Assembly: GCA_030704615.1 (NCBI GenBank)
Contig: CM060734.1
Span: 23,374,001 to 23,438,000 of the forward strand
Direction: 5' to 3'
DNA from: Takakia lepidozioides
Taxonomy: Eukaryota; Plantae; Bryophyta
Length of the DNA: 64,000 nucleotides
The notes below the pieces were generated by a model that ran no database searches, was not told the origin of the DNA, and saw nothing but the letters and a program-made list of their open reading frames with translations. Made by a program: the position numbers and the translations under genes. Positions 58,903-64,000 of this stretch are shown here, piece after piece (position 1 is the first letter of the stretch; each line of letters begins with the position of its first letter).

Positions 58903-59325
58903 AAGTCGGTGCAAACTATAAGCTACCCACAATAGTGCCATGTCTTACGCTATAGTCGGTGCTGACTATAGAGGGAATGTTCTACTGAAGTGAGCTGCAC
59001 AGATGGGACGCTATGTTATAGTCGGTGCAACTACTATATCCACAATAGTGGCATTCCAACCGAGGCCGGAGTTTGGAGGATAATTTGCTACATGTTATTT
59101 GCTACATGTTATGCTATGTAGACTATAAGCTGTGGACAATAGTGCCCTACGCTACGGTATCTTCGGTGCAAACTGTACAACGAGTGTTCTGCTGCTGTGA
59201 ACCTCATGTGATCAGAGAAAATGTATTCACATTAAGGATCAATGTTAAAAATCTAATGTCATAGTCGGTGCAAACTATAAGGTAAAACAGTGCCATTGCA
59301 ACGCTATAGTCGGTGCAGACTACAG
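58903..59325. repeat. Palindrome family A, cluster 3
   Basis: tatagtcggtgc(a/t)(a/g)actata-like copies near 58904, 58951, 59018, 59162, 59261 and 59306. Confidence 0.75.
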
Positions 59326-60779
59326 TGGAATAAGGTCTCCTCATATGTGTTGTGCTTCATATCACCGAAGCGACTATGAAAGCAAGGTTTCGCTCATGTG
59401 AGCAGATCTACATCCGCTCATGGATTCTTTTTAAGGTAGAATAAACATAGTTCTCGATGGAACTGTAATAGTCAGACCTATGTAACAAGATTAAATGGGT
59501 TGTGGTTTGGTATGGATTATGTTTTTTAAGTTATGAGATTGCGGGTTCGATTACCAATCAATAGTCTTTTTTGTAAAATTGACGGGCCATCGCCATTTAC
59601 TACCCAAATGCGCAGGCGGACCATCTCCATCACATTGTCAAGCCCCCTAGCATTCCCTTAGCATTGCTCCATTCTGAACTTCAAACTAGACTCCCACCAT
59701 TGGAAGAGCCCGTACCTTCACCATTTGTATCTAACAAGGAGCCATGCCTCGTCACTTTTAATTTTTCGACCTTTTTCTCATGTTGGAAAGCCATAAAGCA
59801 ACATGTTCCTCTCCCATTCCTACACTCACCCATGTGGAATAATAATACAATAATATGGAATATTCTATATGGAATATTCTTATTCCATCCTTTGATATTT
59901 TGACTATGGACCCTAAGATTAGATGAATCACAATTTTATTTTATTTTTTTGGGTACCCTTATTTAAGTGTTGTGCATATAAAATTGTTCCTATGTGTATC
60001 TAAAATTTGTATGCACGCATACATTCCTCCATATGCATGCATTTGTGTGCGCATATAGTATAGGCTACCTCCAACTACATATATTTCCCCTATTCCAAGT
60101 CTAATAACCAAAAAAACAAATGGTTAGAAATTATGGACTTTGGAACGAGTCCATAAGGATTTGTTATAGTCCATATAAAAAGCCGTTATGGATTTTTTTT
60201 AGAGCATGATTAATAGAAAATTAAAAAAAGGACTTGACCAAATGTGCTTTGAGGGATAAAGAATCTAGAATGAAAACATCCACTCAAAAATATTGAGTAA
60301 TATAAACTTTATGTACTATTTTGAGCCTTCAAAATAACTATTTTTGTAAAGTCCTTTACATATAGAATTCTTTGAAATATCAACACTACCTCATTAAATA
60401 TATAGACCAAGGGTAAACCCCCGGGGTGGATCAAGGTCAAATTTGAAAAAAAAACTATCGTGCGGGTGGGGGTGATGCATCTGATTAGCCCCTTCCTCCA
60501 CCTCCAGATCTGTCACTGGAGGAATTCCAGAGTGCAGCGGATGCCATATTGGAGGAGACACACAGCAGCATTGGCAGAGTTCTGGGGAGCAGGGTCTTCG
60601 CTCGGACACTGCAAATTCCACTCTGTCACATGGTCTCCTTCCCCATCGTCAGGTAAGCTCTCCCAGGGAATGTGGATAAGCTGAAGTTTGCATTTCGAGA
60701 AGGGTCTCATCTAGGTTCTCCCGCCTTCTACATTTCCATTGAAGAATGAGGAAGGTGAATCGCGTGGACCCACAGAAGG

Positions 60780-61480
60780 AGCAGGAAGAGGCTGAAGACT
60801 AGGGCGAAGATAGGGACTTTGTAACCAGCCCACCCCGCGAAACCCAGCAGAAATCCCCTACTGCCGCTGTTGTGGCGAAAGGCACGAGAACTGGCTCAGC
60901 AAATAAAGCACTCTTCAACCCCCCGGGGGGGCATCCGTTCGAGCCAGTGGAAATGAGGAGGCCAAAAATGTTGCCAGAAACAATAGTAAAGTGTGCCAAT
61001 GAGAGTTTTTTGGCGGCATTGGATGGCCGGGCCGCCAAGTTGGCACATATCAAGCAAATGGAGGGGCTGAAAGGCAAAGCTCTAAAGAAGGCGGCTGTAG
61101 AAGAGCCTAACAACACCCCAGGATTTGTAAAGATAGTGCAGTTCTTTGAGAGGACAAGTTCAGGGAAGAATTGCATGAGGGATGGAAAACAAACCGACTG
61201 GTCTTGTGATATGATCATCTTGGATATTCCGGATGGAGAGCCAGTGGAAGGATTGGATGTTGTGCCTTCTTGGAGCAGGTACTCCGAGGACTTTTGGTAA
61301 AAATGATGTGGGCTAGCCCGCATGGTATTGGATGATAGAGGGTGTATGGTCGTCCTTTGCAAAACTAGGACTAACCTCGGTAGTGGTGATCAGGGCTGAG
61401 ATATCAGTATTCATTCCCCAGCATAGGCAAAAACACAGAGGCATGAATTGCGAAGTGGACCCGCAAGAGTGCCGTCCCAA
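60780..61480 (+). pseudogene. Methyltransferase-like ORF, copy 2 (diverged duplicate of 55790-56425)
   Basis: NESFLAALDGRAA...WSCDMIILDIPDG...PSWSRYSEDFW...LARMVLDDRGC; followed by family-B palindrome remnants at ~61508 and ~61594. Confidence 0.55.
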
Positions 61481-61969
61481 TACGTCCCATTTCATCCAAC
61501 CCACCCTGGATGGAAATTCGGCGCCGCAGGGGCCTCAGGTTGGGTGCCACCTGTGCTTCTCTCCCCCACACAAGGTTTCATCCAACTCCCACCGGATGGA
61601 AATAGGGCGCACCGCATTTCCATCCGGGGGGCTCGCAATTGGCTATCATCCTCCCCCCGGACAATATATAGTTCATCTGGAACCATGACCAAGAATTTAA
61701 ACTTTGGAGTTTCAATATGGAATTTAAAAACATTGATGGAATTTAAAAACATTGAATTTGGAGGTCCTTGTCCCCTATGACCGTGGATCCCTATACCCTA
61801 TTCCCGTGGACAATCATTTGTGAAAAAAAAATTCCCGTTCATGATTTTTTCGGCAATTACGAGTCTGCTCATGGCTCATGAAATAGCAGCCCCCGTTTGA
61901 CGAGTATTGTGCTAGGGGTGCAAGATTTGGCCATGTAATAAAATTCGCTGCACATTTACGAGGGGTCAG

Positions 61970-63266
61970 ATACGTTAGGGGGCAAATGAGGTAGTGACTG
62001 GTGGGATAATAGGCATTAGCATGCTTGGGGTGATGTCTAGGCGTTGCTGTATGGACTGGCGATAATGGATATTGATGAAGCAGGGAGCAGGCTGAAGGTG
62101 GTTTGTAGGAGTGTTAATAAACGCGGGTATAACTTGGTTGAAGGTAATCGGATGTGGAGTAATGCGATGGTTTACTATCAAGTGGGGGCGGTTATTGAGG
62201 TGAATATAGGGAGTGGTGATTAAGGTATAGGTGAGGTTTGCCTGCCGCCAGTCATGAATATTGTGTAATATTGGGGCTATATAGATTGAACAAGGGAATG
62301 GGGGGGGTAGTAAAGGTGTAGCAGGGGGGTGGCTAGTCTGTTGGTCAATTGGGCAGAGGGATATGTGGCATTTACGCAGTGTGTAGTGGTGGGGGGTGAG
62401 GGGTATCCAGTGTTAGATGGTATAGGGCTGCAGGTCTAAGTGTGAGGATCTTGGCATAGTGTAATTGTGCTTTGTGTATAATATGTGCTGCACAGAGTTT
62501 AATTGGGCAGTATTAAGCATGGTAGAGGCAGGGATTGGGAATCCCTGGTGTTTGGAGAAATAAAATCGATGGCATTTGATTGTATATGGAGGGGGGGGAG
62601 TTGGGGGTGTAAGTACTTTGTGAGTACTGAGAGATTGTGGTGGAGAGTGGTGGGGTATCTATTGGTATAATAGAAGTGTACAGGAGTTGGAAAGTATCCA
62701 TGGGAAAAATAGTATATCCCTTGATTTCGGAAGGGAATGGAATATGGAAGGGTGACACCGTGTGTATAACAATTACAAATTTGTACCAGATACAGCCCAT
62801 ATCAGGGGGTAATGAACAGACTGAGGGGAGAAGGTAGCTGGTAGTTTCTGAAACTGGGGGAATAACAGTAATTGCATCAAGAGTTAGCAGAGCCATGAAG
62901 CATAGCCTAGTGGGTGCAATTGATGTGCCAAGCATGAAGATTGGCCCTGAGTCTAAGCATCACATATGTCTGGGCACTTGTAAGCCAGTGGCAGTGAGTA
63001 TTGGTTGAGTAGCTAGGTGGGCTAATCCATGTAGTGGGCAAGACAGAATGGTATGTTGTTGTTGGGAACGATGGCAGGTAAGTGGGAGGCCAACACAGCT
63101 CCATACTGTTGTAATGGGATAAGATGTGCTCGGTTGTAACGAGTGTTGCAGAGAGTAGTTGGGGGAGGATGTTGTAAAGCCTTCGGGAAGCCAACGTGTG
63201 GATGGAACCTGCACATGGGGAGAGCACCTGGTGAGAATACTGTAGATGAGGGTTAAAGGGCTGCAG
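61970..63266 (-). mobile_element. Decayed sequence with the same strand-biased composition as the Dualen-like LINE
   Basis: C/A-rich minus strand with Pro/His/Thr-rich broken frames; no firm domain. Confidence 0.3.
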
Positions 63267-63997
63267 TGTCACGGCCCTTTGCCTTGAGGGTGAGGAGTCG
63301 GGACACAAGAGGGGCTGCCCCTGTGGTGGGGGCAGCGGCAGCAAATTGGGATAGGGGCTGAAGCACCCTTGAGTGCCAAAGGCACTCAATGAGGCGGATG
63401 CGCTCACTAGGTGGAGCCCCGCCAACCGGGTTGCGGTGGGGGGGGGCTCCATGTGGGGTGGTGGTAGCGTAGGGAGTCGTAGTGGGGGGTGGCATAGGAC
63501 TCACCATGAGGCTGAGGCCTTGTGGTGGGAGTCGCGGGGAGTCTTGGGACTCACTATGGTCCATGGGGGCCGTGGTGGGTGGGCCAAGATTCACTGCGGC
63601 TTATCACAGGGACAGTCGAAGGTCCTAAGTGGTGGTGCACCAGATTTGGACTTGGCTACTTGTGGAACCCCCGCGGACACCTACAGAAGTATATATAGAG
63701 AGTAGTAACCCCGAGAACGGTGCAAGCCCGTTGGTGACCAAAAGCTAATGAGTAAGCGTGCGAGCCGAAAAAGCGACCAAGGTGTGGGAAACTATTCCGG
63801 ACTACCATCTACCAAAAGGAATTTCCACTAGGCGCAAAGTGGTGGAGGGTCTTTTGGAAGCACAAGGGAAACCGTTATGCCCCGATGAGCAATTGAAGCT
63901 CCGAATTAGCCCGGCAGCCAGTTTGGGAGTTCGACGCGCACATCAAAACGAGTAACTATGACTTGAAGGGGAGTTTAGCAAAGTGAGGTACGCGACA
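63267..63997 (+). mobile_element. Probable solo LTR of the same chromovirus family
   Basis: Reverse complement of the 6994-7718 LTR, TG...CA ends; left flank TGCAG and right flank begins TGC (window ends), consistent with a TSD; no PBS or PPT adjacent. Confidence 0.88.
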
Positions 63998-64000
63998 TGC

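Noticed and set aside
59581-59616. gacgggccatcgccatttactacccaaatgcg as a transposon terminus
   Set aside because: No matching inverted copy was found in the window.

Overview
Eukaryotic, TE-rich land-plant DNA, most likely from a bryophyte (inferred from TE families and gene style), with a 500-N gap at 3361-3860 and frequent 1-bp indels. Host genes are a 15-exon La-related protein 1 (LARP1, +, 21157-37264), a convergent 12-exon CNOT11 (-, 39719-47333) and tRNA-Lys(CTT). Left of the genes: (1) an Athila/Tat-type integrase end; (2) a complete chromovirus (Ty3/Gypsy, 6994-13954, TSD TTACA) nested in an older copy of itself; (3) a Dualen-like LINE carrying a chromodomain, a PCIF1-like adenine-methyltransferase-like segment, RNase H and a restriction-like endonuclease; (4) a Gypsy fragment with a C5-cytosine methyltransferase C-terminus upstream of RT. 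Right of the genes: a decayed Gypsy, then an unexplained ~10-kb multi-gene block (51.4-62 kb). That block holds a SWIM-finger gene, two copies of a beta-class amino-methyltransferase-like ORF, and two families of spaced palindromes sharing a CGG-NN-CCG core, including a CRISPR-like repeat/spacer array with a 53-bp period. All domain calls come from manual motif recognition; no database search was run.
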